This document shows, in pieces, positions 9,557 through 18,543 of a stretch of 64,000 nucleotides of DNA. The position numbers and the translations under genes were made by a program. Below the pieces are notes generated by a model. That model worked only from the letters and a program-made list of their open reading frames with translations, ran no database searches and was not told where the DNA came from. Position 1 is the first letter of the stretch. Each line of letters begins with the position of its first letter. The stretch is from Oscillospiraceae bacterium (GTDB lineage: Bacteria > Bacillota > Clostridia > Oscillospirales > CAG-272). Location: assembly GCA_015063745.1 (NCBI GenBank), contig SVTO01000007.1, positions 111 through 64,110 of the forward strand, read 5' to 3'.

Positions 9557-11443
9557 ATGGATATATATGAAAAATACGTGGGTCAGATCTTCGACAATCG
9601 CTATCGGATCGAGAAGGTAATCGGAATCGGCGGCATGGCGATTGTATTCAAGGCAACCGACCTGCTGATGCGCCGTCTGGTGGCGGTAAAGATTCTGAAG
9701 GATGAAATCGCCAGCGACGAGCAGTCCGTCAAGCGGTTTATCAACGAATCCAAGGCCGTTGCCATGCTGTCCCATCCCAATATCGTCAACATCTATGACG
9801 TGTCCGTAAGGGATAATATCAAGTATATCGTTATGGAATACGTGGACGGGATCACTCTGAAAAACTATATGCGGCACAGAGAAGTGCTGAACCTGCGGGA
9901 GATCATCAGCTACACCACCCAGATCCTGAAGGCCCTGATGCACGCCCATAAGAAGGGAATCATCCACAGAGACATCAAGCCCCAGAATATCATGCTGCTG
10001 AAAAACGGTGTGATCAAGGTGATGGACTTCGGTATTGCCAAGCTGCCCAACGCAGAAACGGTAACCATGACCGACAAGGCCATCGGTACGGTGTACTATA
10101 TCAGCCCCGAACAGGTCAACGGTACCCAGATCGATGCCCGCAGTGACTTGTATGCCCTGGGTGTCATGATGTACGAAATGGCCACGGGACAGCTTCCCTT
10201 TACGGCGGAAACACCCGTATCCGTTGCGCTGATGCAGGTCAACGATGTGGCAGTACCGCCCAGAGAAATCAATCCCCAGATTCCGGTGGGCCTGGAACAG
10301 ATCATCCGCCGGGCTATGGAAAAGGAAAAGGAAACCCGTTACCAGAGCGCTGAGGATATGCTGGCTCATCTGATGCGTCTGAAGGAAAACCCCAGAGTGG
10401 TCTTCCGTGAAAACGCCCGTGTGACCAAGCGTTCCGAGGGCAAGCGGGTGAAAAAGGGAAGCCGTTCCATGTTCCCCATCATCATGGGCGTAACACTTGC
10501 TTTCCTGATCGTAGCTGCGGTAAGCGGTTACTATATCATTGACAAACTGTTCATCAATTCTGCCGCAAACAATTACCAGACCATATCCGTGCAGGATTTT
10601 GTGGGTACGGAATATTCGGACAGACTGAAGGAATGGTTTGACGAATCGGTGCAGTATACGCTGGCCAATGTCATTTACGAATACAACGATCATTTTGCCG
10701 AAGGCGTGATTATTTCCCAGACCCCGAAGGCGGATGAATCCAAGAAGATCCTGGCCGGTAAGCAGAAGTGTACCATCACTCTGGTGGTCAGCAAGGGTAC
10801 CGAAACTCTGGTGCTGGAGGACTATACCGTAAAGGACTACCGTGAAGCGGAGGCCGAACTGCGTTCGCTGGGCATGGCGGTACAGCTGGACGAAACGGCG
10901 GACGAGTATCTGAATCTGGGCTACGTGGTCAGTATGTCCCCCGAACCCGGCACGGAAGTGAAGATCGGCGATACGGTGACTCTGTACGTGAACTACGGCA
11001 AGGATACCATGAAGGTGCTGGTACCGAATTTCTCCGGCCTGACCGAAGCGGAGGTACTGATCAAGCTCATCGAAAATGATCTGCGTCCCGGTAAGATCAC
11101 CTATGAAAAGTCCAACAGAACACCCGGTACTGTCATTGAACAGAGTGCCGATTCCATGAAGGAAATCGAAAAATATGCCGAGATCGATTTTGTGATCAGC
11201 GGCGGCGCATTCTACAGCGGTGACGGCACGACGGTTCCTACCTATTGGGATTATACCGAAAAGGAAACCGAACCGCCGGAAACCGAACCGCCGGAAACCG
11301 AGCCGGAGGAAACCGAAGATCCCGATGATGGTGAATTCTGGGTCGGCGACGACGGTGAAGAGGATACGAATGACAGCTGGGACTTCCCCTTTGAAACGGA
11401 CGGAGACGGCGGATTTACTTTCCCCTGGGATGCCGTACACTGA
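9557..11443 (+). CDS. pknB: PASTA-domain Ser/Thr protein kinase (PknB/PrkC/Stk1)
   Basis: GIGGMA, HRDIKPQN, DFG, GTVYYISPEQ, one TM helix, PASTA-like repeats, acidic tail. Confidence 0.95.
   Translation: MDIYEKYVGQIFDNRYRIEKVIGIGGMAIVFKATDLLMRRLVAVKILKDEIASDEQSVKRFINESKAVAMLSHPNIVNIYDVSVRDNIKYIVMEYVDGITLKNYMRHREVLNLREIISYTTQILKALMHAHKKGIIHRDIKPQNIMLLKNGVIKVMDFGIAKLPNAETVTMTDKAIGTVYYISPEQVNGTQIDARSDLYALGVMMYEMATGQLPFTAETPVSVALMQVNDVAVPPREINPQIPVGLEQIIRRAMEKEKETRYQSAEDMLAHLMRLKENPRVVFRENARVTKRSEGKRVKKGSRSMFPIIMGVTLAFLIVAAVSGYYIIDKLFINSAANNYQTISVQDFVGTEYSDRLKEWFDESVQYTLANVIYEYNDHFAEGVIISQTPKADESKKILAGKQKCTITLVVSKGTETLVLEDYTVKDYREAEAELRSLGMAVQLDETADEYLNLGYVVSMSPEPGTEVKIGDTVTLYVNYGKDTMKVLVPNFSGLTEAEVLIKLIENDLRPGKITYEKSNRTPGTVIEQSADSMKEIEKYAEIDFVISGGAFYSGDGTTVPTYWDYTEKETEPPETEPPETEPEETEDPDDGEFWVGDDGEEDTNDSWDFPFETDGDGGFTFPWDAVH
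11264..11314 (+). repeat. 15-bp in-frame tandem repeat encoding ETEPP/ETEPE in the PknB tail
   Basis: GAAACCGAACCGCCG twice, then GAAACCGAGCCGGAG and GAAACC. Confidence 0.8.
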
Positions 11444-11453
11444 GGAGACAACT

Positions 11454-12473
11454 GTGGAAAAAGTCAAAGGGATACTCATCAAAGGTGTCGGCGGACTGTA
11501 TGAAATCCTGCCGTCGGAAAGCGGACGGGAAACGGTTCTCAGCCGTGCCAGAGGTATTTTCCGTCTGGAAGGCATAACACCCCTTGCCGGAGACGATGTA
11601 CTCATCGGTCCTGCCAACAGCGTGGAAGAAGAAGTTCTGAATAAAGAAGAACGGTACGCCGGATGGGTCATTACGGACATCCTGCCCCGAAAAAACGATA
11701 TGATCCGTCCGCCCATGGCCAATCTCAGCCATCTGTTTGTGGTTGTGCCCTGCGCCAGTCCGAAACCGGATCTGCTGATGGCGGACAAGCTGACCTGCAT
11801 TGCGGTGCATAAGAATATTACCCCCGTGTTCGTGATCAATAAAATGGACATGGACCCGGAAATGAACGAGCAGATCTGCCATACTTATGCTCTGGCCGGT
11901 TTTCAGGCATTTCCCCTGAGTGCGGCAACGGGTGAAGGTGTGGCGGCGCTGGAGAACTACCTCTATTCGGAAGCCGAAAAAGCACAGAAAGCGGGTTCTC
12001 CCATGCGTGCGGCCTTTGCGGGCGTGTCGGGGGCGGGAAAGTCCACTCTGATGACCCGGCTCTATCCGGATCTGCAGCTGAAGACCAATACGGTCAGCGC
12101 AAAAATCGAAAGAGGCCGGCATACCACCAGACACGTGGAGCTGTACCCGGTCAAGGCAGGAGAATACACCTATTTTCTGGCAGATACGCCCGGATTCTCC
12201 ATGCTGGACTTTACACGCTTCAATTTCCTGACCGCGGAAGAACTGCCGGAGAGCTTTCCGGAATTTGCTCAGTGCATCGGAAACTGCCGGTACACCAAAT
12301 GTACCCACACCAGAGAAGAAGGCTGTGCGGTGCTGGAAAAGGTACAGCGCGGCGAAATGGATGCGGGACGACAGCAGAACTACATTGCCATCCGCGAGGA
12401 AATTCTGAAAAAGCCCGAATGGAAGCGGCAGAAGGAAGCGGAAGGAAAAGCACCCGGAAAACGGAGACGGTAA
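11454..12473 (+). CDS. rsgA: Ribosome small subunit-dependent GTPase A
   Basis: GTG start after GAGGAG; RPPMAN, NKMD, GVSGAGKS, RGRHTTR, DTPGFS, CRYTKCTH...GC zinc finger. Confidence 0.95.
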   Translation: MEKVKGILIKGVGGLYEILPSESGRETVLSRARGIFRLEGITPLAGDDVLIGPANSVEEEVLNKEERYAGWVITDILPRKNDMIRPPMANLSHLFVVVPCASPKPDLLMADKLTCIAVHKNITPVFVINKMDMDPEMNEQICHTYALAGFQAFPLSAATGEGVAALENYLYSEAEKAQKAGSPMRAAFAGVSGAGKSTLMTRLYPDLQLKTNTVSAKIERGRHTTRHVELYPVKAGEYTYFLADTPGFSMLDFTRFNFLTAEELPESFPEFAQCIGNCRYTKCTHTREEGCAVLEKVQRGEMDAGRQQNYIAIREEILKKPEWKRQKEAEGKAPGKRRR

Positions 12474-12477
12474 AACT

Positions 12478-13113
12478 ATGAGCAGCAAAACAGCACTTGT
12501 ATTCACCGGCGGAATGTGCAATTTGGAGAGAATCCGCAGCACCCTCCCGACGGATCCATGGATGATCCTGGCGGCGGACAGCGGATACCATAAAGCCGCC
12601 GCTCTCGGCATGAAACCCCACAAGCTGGTGGGCGATTTCGACTCCCTCTTCGATGGAAGAGAGGACGGGAAACTGCCGGAGGATGTGGAGATCTATAAGT
12701 CTCCCTGTGAGAAGGACGAAACGGATACCATGCTGGCCTGCGAGATCGCCGTGGAAGCCGGAGCGGAAGAAATCATCATCATCGGCGGCACAGGCGGACG
12801 GGCGGATCATGGCCTGTCGAATATTCTGTATCTGGAAAATCTGGACAGACGGGGCATCCGTGCACTGCTGACCGACGGCGAGAACCGGATTCAGGTCCGA
12901 CACGACTGTACGGTAAAACTTGCGGACCGGAAGGGATATTTCTCCGTATTCGCTCTGGACAGCTGTACCGTGACCCTGACCGGCTGTAAATATCCTCTGA
13001 CGGAAGCGAAGTTAGAGCGAGCCATGCCCTATGCGGTGAGCAACGAGGTAGCGGGTGAGGAAGCCTGCATTGCGCTCACGGGATATGCGGTGATCATGGA
13101 AAGCATAAAGTAA
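12478..13113 (+). CDS. thiN: Thiamine pyrophosphokinase
   Basis: AADSG, VGDFDS, EKDETDT, GGRADH, GCKYPL, VSNE. Confidence 0.93.
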   Translation: MSSKTALVFTGGMCNLERIRSTLPTDPWMILAADSGYHKAAALGMKPHKLVGDFDSLFDGREDGKLPEDVEIYKSPCEKDETDTMLACEIAVEAGAEEIIIIGGTGGRADHGLSNILYLENLDRRGIRALLTDGENRIQVRHDCTVKLADRKGYFSVFALDSCTVTLTGCKYPLTEAKLERAMPYAVSNEVAGEEACIALTGYAVIMESIK

Positions 13114-13139
13114 CCGGATGGACGGCGTATACATATACT
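13112..13139 (+). promoter_or_regulatory. Putative mother-cell (sigma-K/sigma-E type) promoter of spoVM
   Basis: AACC-N16-CATATACT fits the mACm-N16-CATAnnnT pattern. Confidence 0.5.
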
Positions 13140-13182
13140 GAAACTGTCGGAGAGCATTGGACTGCCTGACAGGAGGATTTGT

Positions 13183-13260
13183 ATGAAAGTCGTAATATGG
13201 AAAAGTCCGAAGTTTGCGATCCCGTTTCTGCGGCGGTTTTTCCGTCTGGGAAGAGGCTGA
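13183..13260 (+). CDS. spoVM: Stage V sporulation protein M (25-aa amphipathic peptide; not in ORF track)
   Basis: SD AGGAGG, then MKVVIWKSPKFAIPFLRRFFRLGRG* with the KxPK(F) motif and Pro9; located just downstream of thiN as in Bacillus. Confidence 0.85.
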   Translation: MKVVIWKSPKFAIPFLRRFFRLGRG

Positions 13261-13288
13261 GGATATACATCCGCCACAACCGAATAAA

Positions 13289-13323
13289 AAAATCCGGAGG
13301 TACGTTCTGTATCTCCGGATTTT
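13289..13323. terminator. Bidirectional intrinsic terminator between spoVM and acnX genes
   Basis: AAAATCCGGAGGTAC-loop-GTATCTCCGGATTTT between convergent genes. Confidence 0.75.
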
Positions 13324-13384
13324 CAATTTTTAAAGTTTTTGCGGAGCTTTTTTCAAAAAGCGACCCTGTTTCATTCAGACAGAC

Positions 13385-13831
13385 TCAGCCGTCTACTTCC
13401 ACAATTCCGTTTTCCTTGACAGTGATCATCATGCCGTCCTTGACATACTGCAGGAATTCTTCTCCAAGGGAATCCACAACGGGCATGGAAACGCCGTCCA
13501 CCCAGACATCTGCCAGAACCGCACCGGCGGCTGCCAGCGAGTCGATATGGTTGGCAAATAGCATGCAGGCGGGGTTTCTTTCCATGGCGCAGGCGCAGTA
13601 CAGTACAAGACCGCCGGTGGTGGAGCCGATGGTCTGAGGCAGGCAGAGTGCTTTACCGATCAGAGGCTTGCCGTGGAGTTCTTCGTTGTTCTGGTCACCG
13701 CACTTGACTTCCTTGTCACCGAACTGCAGTGCCATCTGGAAGGAAGCAAGGGTATTGAAGCCCTGGGTGGTTACAACGGCTTCGGCTGTAACGGTACCGG
13801 GTGTGATTACGCGTCCCTGAAACTGTTTCAT
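13385..13831 (-). CDS. Aconitase X swivel (small) subunit, DUF126-like
   Basis: FQGRVITPG...GKALCLPQTIGSTTG (GS motif)...IDSLAAAGAVLA; TAATG overlap with the upstream large subunit. Confidence 0.85.
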   Translation of the reverse strand: MKQFQGRVITPGTVTAEAVVTTQGFNTLASFQMALQFGDKEVKCGDQNNEELHGKPLIGKALCLPQTIGSTTGGLVLYCACAMERNPACMLFANHIDSLAAAGAVLADVWVDGVSMPVVDSLGEEFLQYVKDGMMITVKENGIVEVDG

Positions 13832-15105
13832 TACTTCTTACCTCCTGTGATCGCAGTGAGAATTTCTGCATCGGTGTAATATCTTGCGCTGGTGTAGGTG
13901 CGCAGCTTGTTGGAAGAGGTGATGACGGGCATCTTCTTGCACAGCGGATTGTTCATGTACATCAGCGGGCAGATGTAGGATGTGATTACGCCGGTTGCTT
14001 TCAGACGTGCTGCATAGCCGGTCTTTTCGAAAGCTTCCAGTACCTTGGGGGCAGCGGTGAATACGGTGGGAATGGTGACTTTCTTCTTGCCGTTCTTCTG
14101 CAGTTCGGCTTCGATCTTGTCGGTCCAGTCCTTGAGCTGTTCCAGGGACAGATGAGGACATCCCACAAAGCACAGCTTGGGCGCGGCATCGGGATTCTTC
14201 CAGATGACAGGATAATTCTTCTGTACTCTTTCCAGTTCCGCGTCGTCAATGATGTATTCCTTTGCCCCTTCGGCAATCAGGGATTCACCCAGTTCCACAG
14301 CTTCGGGAGTCAGACCGTCGATGTGGTAAAGCCCCACAGCACCGTTGGAAGCGGTAGCCGCACCGAAATCCTTCAGATAAGCGCATGCTGCATCGTTCAG
14401 TTCCGTGCCGATCCACTGATCCAGACCCATAACATAGGGCACATCTTCCATAACCTTCATGCCGATGGCGGACCCCAGCAGCTGAGCTTCGGGCTTCTTG
14501 GTGGTCTGAACCTTGATGACCCAGGTGGCTTTTCTGCCTTCGTCGGTCAGCAGTCCGAAGTAGGGAACATAGCCGACGATGGAACCCATAATATCAATAA
14601 TACCGGAGTTTCGGTTGCATCTTGCACCCAGAACGGAGTTGGCGTAAACTACCGCGCTGGATTCTGCCCAGGACAGAACGTCGCCCTTCTTCGGCTTGTT
14701 GCCCATTTCATCCATGTAGCAGGTGCAGCTGAAGGCATCCTTGTCCATCAGCCCCAGCTTGTTCAGCTGTTCTTCGTAGAAATCCTGCTTGGTATACATG
14801 AACTTACGGAATACCAGATTCTGCAGGAAATTGGCGGGTACATTGCTGTCCAGAGGACGGGGGTCCACGGAGAATTTCTGTTCCGAGAAAACACCCGCAT
14901 CCAGAAGCTGCTGCATCAGATCATACACAGGCGCCATAACCTTCAGACCGAAGGAAGTAACCAGATGGTTGTATTCGGAGGTGATGGGCACCAGCTTTTC
15001 CGCTTCAAATGCATCCCCGTACATCACGAGGGTTTTCATAACCTTGGCGAGGGTCTCACCCTTCTCGCCGTCCAGGATTGCCTGTTGTTCTTTCGTCAAA
15101 ATCAT
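13831..15105 (-). CDS. Aconitase X catalytic (large) subunit, DUF521-like
   Basis: MILTKEQQAILDGEKGE, SCTCY, WAESSAVVYANSVLGARCNR, GLYHIDGLTPEA, GCPH, TSSNK. Confidence 0.88.
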   Translation of the reverse strand: MILTKEQQAILDGEKGETLAKVMKTLVMYGDAFEAEKLVPITSEYNHLVTSFGLKVMAPVYDLMQQLLDAGVFSEQKFSVDPRPLDSNVPANFLQNLVFRKFMYTKQDFYEEQLNKLGLMDKDAFSCTCYMDEMGNKPKKGDVLSWAESSAVVYANSVLGARCNRNSGIIDIMGSIVGYVPYFGLLTDEGRKATWVIKVQTTKKPEAQLLGSAIGMKVMEDVPYVMGLDQWIGTELNDAACAYLKDFGAATASNGAVGLYHIDGLTPEAVELGESLIAEGAKEYIIDDAELERVQKNYPVIWKNPDAAPKLCFVGCPHLSLEQLKDWTDKIEAELQKNGKKKVTIPTVFTAAPKVLEAFEKTGYAARLKATGVITSYICPLMYMNNPLCKKMPVITSSNKLRTYTSARYYTDAEILTAITGGKK

Positions 15106-15124
15106 GATACATTCTCCCTAAAAA

Positions 15125-17194
15125 TCAGAGTTTCATACATACGGACCATGCGCCCCAGATAACCGTTCTCAGATTACCTACCTGATCGGCATCGCCGATT
15201 ACATGGATGTGCTTGCCCTTGACTGCCAGAGGTGCGGGATTGTAACCCACGGACATAATCACGGAATCGGCGGGAATGTCGAAGGTCTTGCCTTCCTTGT
15301 CCTTTACGGTAACATTACCGTCGCCGATGGCACAGAGGGCGGTTTCCAGATGTACCGGAACCTTGTTGGTCTTGAAGAAATCGCGGAGATAACTGGTGTT
15401 GGCCAGACAAATACCCTTGGTGGTGATCAGGTCGTCCTGCATTTCCACAATGGTCGGCTTCTTACCCTGCAGATACAGCTCGTAAGCAATTTCACAGCCG
15501 GTCAGACCGCCGCCGATGATGGTAACGTTCTCGCCCACTTCTGCCTTACCCAGCAGGAAATCCACAGCTTCCACAGCCTTGTCCGCACCCTGTACGGGAA
15601 TCTTCTTGGCCTTGGCACCGGTAGCCACGATGATCTCATCCGCATCCAGGGACTTCACATCGGTGATCTCGGTGTTCAGCTTTACTTCGATGGGCTGACG
15701 GGACAGCTCGCGGATATACCATGCGATCAGAGCACGGTCCTTTTCCTTGAAGGAAGGAGCCGCAGCTGCAATGAACACACCGCCCAGCTCGCCGCTCTTT
15801 TCGTACAGCGTCACCTTATGTCCGCGCTTGGCACAGAGAATAGCCGCTTCCATACCGCCGATACCGCCGCCGATAACAGCGATCTTCTTCTGCTTTTTGA
15901 CAGGAGCAACATAATACTTGCGGGACTGCATGGTTTCGGGATTCAGCGCACAGCGTGCCAGCCCCATGGTGTCGGTCAGATCCTGGGTATTGGCGTGTCC
16001 CTTGGAGGAAGAGAAATTGAAGCAGCCGCTGTGACAGCAGATACAGGGCTTGATGTCTTCCAGACGGTTTTCGATCAGCTTGGTAACCCATGCCGGGTCG
16101 GTGAGGAACTGACGTGCAACACCCATCGCATCGATTCTGCCGTCCGCTACAGCCTTGGCACCCACTTCGGGATCCATACGGCCTGCGCAGACTACGGGGA
16201 TATTCACGAATTCCTTGATGTGTGCCACGTCGTCCAGGTTGCAGTTTTCGGGCATGTACATCGGCGGATGTGCCCAGTACCAGGAGTCGTAGGTACCGTT
16301 GTCCGCGTTGAGCATATCGTAGCCGGCATCTTCCAGATACTTGGCCGCTCTTTCGGATTCCGCCATATTTCTGCCCACTTCGGTGTATTCTTCACCGGGC
16401 ATGGCACCTTCGCAGAATCCCTTCATCTTGGATTCTACGGAATAACGCAGGGAAACGGGGAAATCTTCGCCGCAGGCTTCCTTGATGGTCTTGACCACTT
16501 CTGCCGCAAAACGGTAACGGTTTTCGAAGCTTCCGCCGTAGTCGTCCGTACGCTTGTTGAAAAATTCGATGGAGAACTGGTCCAGCAGATAACCTTCGTG
16601 TACTGCGTGTACTTCCACACCGTCCACACCGGCATCCTTACACAGCTTGGCAGTCTTGCCGAAGGCTTCGATGATCTCATGGATCTGTTCCACGGTCATT
16701 TCGGGACAGATGATGTCGTGGGCCCAGCGGGAAGGCTGTTCACTGGGGCTGGCCAGCTCGTGGGAGGTATCGATGATGGGCTTGACGAGGGCACGGGTGA
16801 ATTTGTTCTTGTGCAGAGGCGCTACCAGCTCGGTGATCGCCCAGGAACGACCCATACCGGCAGTCAGCTGGATAAACAGCTTGGCACCGGTCTTGTGGAT
16901 CTCGTCCATGAATTCCTTCAGTTCTTCGAACATCTTCGGATTCTGCCACAGCCACTTTCCCCAGAAGGTATCTCTCAGAGGAGCGATACCGGGAATGATA
17001 AGACCTACATTGTTGTTGGCTCTTTCCAGAAAGAGTTTTGCGGCTTCCTTGTCAAAGTGACATCCGCCCAGCTCAAACCAGCCGAACAGGGAAGTACCGC
17101 CCATGGGACACATAACGATACGGTTTTTGATTTCCACATTACCGATCTTCCAGGGGGTAAACAGCGCTTCGTATTTTTTGTCTGTCTGTTGCAT
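15125..17194 (-). CDS. FMN/Fe-S/FAD NADH:flavin oxidoreductase (2-enoate reductase / BaiCD-BaiH-like OYE family)
   Basis: KIGNVEIKNRIVMCPM, HAVHEGYLLDQF, NKRTDDYGGSFENR, CICCHSGC...C, two GxGxxG folds. The real start is probably ATG 17194 rather than 17419. Confidence 0.88.
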   Translation of the reverse strand: MQQTDKKYEALFTPWKIGNVEIKNRIVMCPMGGTSLFGWFELGGCHFDKEAAKLFLERANNNVGLIIPGIAPLRDTFWGKWLWQNPKMFEELKEFMDEIHKTGAKLFIQLTAGMGRSWAITELVAPLHKNKFTRALVKPIIDTSHELASPSEQPSRWAHDIICPEMTVEQIHEIIEAFGKTAKLCKDAGVDGVEVHAVHEGYLLDQFSIEFFNKRTDDYGGSFENRYRFAAEVVKTIKEACGEDFPVSLRYSVESKMKGFCEGAMPGEEYTEVGRNMAESERAAKYLEDAGYDMLNADNGTYDSWYWAHPPMYMPENCNLDDVAHIKEFVNIPVVCAGRMDPEVGAKAVADGRIDAMGVARQFLTDPAWVTKLIENRLEDIKPCICCHSGCFNFSSSKGHANTQDLTDTMGLARCALNPETMQSRKYYVAPVKKQKKIAVIGGGIGGMEAAILCAKRGHKVTLYEKSGELGGVFIAAAAPSFKEKDRALIAWYIRELSRQPIEVKLNTEITDVKSLDADEIIVATGAKAKKIPVQGADKAVEAVDFLLGKAEVGENVTIIGGGLTGCEIAYELYLQGKKPTIVEMQDDLITTKGICLANTSYLRDFFKTNKVPVHLETALCAIGDGNVTVKDKEGKTFDIPADSVIMSVGYNPAPLAVKGKHIHVIGDADQVGNLRTVIWGAWSVCMKL

Positions 17195-17424
17195 GGTTGC
17201 TTTTTCCCTTCGTAAAATTGTGATTTGGAATCGCCCGGACGGCAGCCGGTTCCGATGTGGCTCCACCCGTGGCACAGGTACGCAATGATATACAGATATG
17301 ATACCACAAATCGGTTGTTTTTTCAACAAGTTTGTGTAAATATAATAAGTTATCGGAAGAAATTTCCGATCTTTCGTCATTTGTAAATATTTCTCCCGTG
17401 CAAAAACCGGGTTTTTCAATGTTC

Positions 17425-17453
17425 TTGACTCTGTCAGGAAGATGTGTTATAAT
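17425..17453 (+). promoter_or_regulatory. sigma-A promoter of pfkB-mtlD
   Basis: TTGACT-N17-TATAAT with TG extension. Confidence 0.7.
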
Positions 17454-17505
17454 AAAAGGAGAACATCTGAAATTTCCATTTTTACATAAATGCAGGAGGT
17501 TTGTT

Positions 17506-18516
17506 ATGTCCAGATCCGGAATTGTATTTGCCGGAAATATCCTTGCCGACGTTGTCAAGAACATTACCGGTTTCCCGCAGGTGGGTATGCTTGCCACCAT
17601 TACTTCCGTAAAACAGGCAGTAGGCGGCGCTGTGCCCAATACAGCCATCGACCTTGCGAAAATAGATCCTACCGTGCCGATCAAGGCAATGGGCAGAGTG
17701 GGCGATGATGCCTACGGCCAGTATGTCACCGGCATGATGCAGTCCCACGGCATCAACACCGACGGCGTAATTGTAACCCCGGATGTGCCCACCAGCTTCT
17801 CCGACGTTATGAGCGACATAACCACCGGTGAACGTACCTTCTTCCATGCAAGAGGCGCCAATGCCCTGTTTGCACCGGAGGATATTGACGTGGATGCACT
17901 GGACTGCGATATTTTCCATATCGGCTATATCCTGCTGCTGGATACCATGGACGAAGCGGATCCGGAATACGGCACCAGACTGGCGGGACTGCTGGCCAAG
18001 ATCCAGGCAAAGGGTATCAAGACCTCCATCGACGTGGTCAGCGATTCTTCTCTCCGTTTCAAGGAAAAGATTGTCCCCGCTCTGAAATACTGCAACTATG
18101 CCATCATGAACGAAATCGAAGGCTGCGGCGTGTCCGGCCTGAATCCCCGTAAGGAAGACGGTTCCATTGATACGGACAATATGTACGCCACCATGAAGCA
18201 GATGATGGATCTGGGCGTCAAGGACCGTGTGATCCTCCACAGCAAGGAAGCGGGCTTCATGCTCACAGCAGACGGTACCTTCCGCACGGCAGAGGCCATC
18301 GACATTGATCCTGCGCTCATCGCCGGCAAGGTCGGTGCGGGAGATGCATTCTGTGCGGGCAGCCTGTACGGCCTGTACACCGGAATTGATGACGATCGTC
18401 TGCTGGATTTTGCCTCTGCGGCAGCCGTATGCAACCTGACCGCGGCGGATTCTGTCAGCGGTATGCGCACAGCGGAAGAAATCTGGAAGATCGTTGAAAA
18501 CGGCAAGCTGGACTGA
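17506..18516 (+). CDS. PfkB/ribokinase-family carbohydrate kinase
   Basis: SD AGGAGG; GGAVPNTA, GRVGDDAYG, GERTF, NEIE, VGAGDAFCAG. Confidence 0.9.
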   Translation: MSRSGIVFAGNILADVVKNITGFPQVGMLATITSVKQAVGGAVPNTAIDLAKIDPTVPIKAMGRVGDDAYGQYVTGMMQSHGINTDGVIVTPDVPTSFSDVMSDITTGERTFFHARGANALFAPEDIDVDALDCDIFHIGYILLLDTMDEADPEYGTRLAGLLAKIQAKGIKTSIDVVSDSSLRFKEKIVPALKYCNYAIMNEIEGCGVSGLNPRKEDGSIDTDNMYATMKQMMDLGVKDRVILHSKEAGFMLTADGTFRTAEAIDIDPALIAGKVGAGDAFCAGSLYGLYTGIDDDRLLDFASAAAVCNLTAADSVSGMRTAEEIWKIVENGKLD

Positions 18517-18543
18517 AGGAAAATCGGAAACGGAGATACTACT

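Noticed and set aside
11220-11453. N-terminal extension of rsgA in the ORF track
   Set aside because: Overlaps the pknB 3' end; GTG 11454 has a good SD and matches the family start.
5295-11851. Very long antisense ORFs (5295-8333, 9482-11851; similarly 17482-19884, 40944-43076, 43471-46038, 52936-55044, 58221-59984)
   Set aside because: They are shadows of well-conserved genes on the other strand, caused by codon bias; no motifs or SD.
15125-17194. Bilirubin reductase (BilR) or a bile-acid bai operon
   Set aside because: The active-site motif is HEGY, not HGDR, and no other bai genes are adjacent.
17225-17285. ZTP (pfl) riboswitch suggested by GTGG..CCAC and GCCGTCC..GGGC
   Set aside because: Lacks the GACTGGCG 5' element and the CGCCTGGGC 3' element; the downstream gene is not in purine/folate metabolism.
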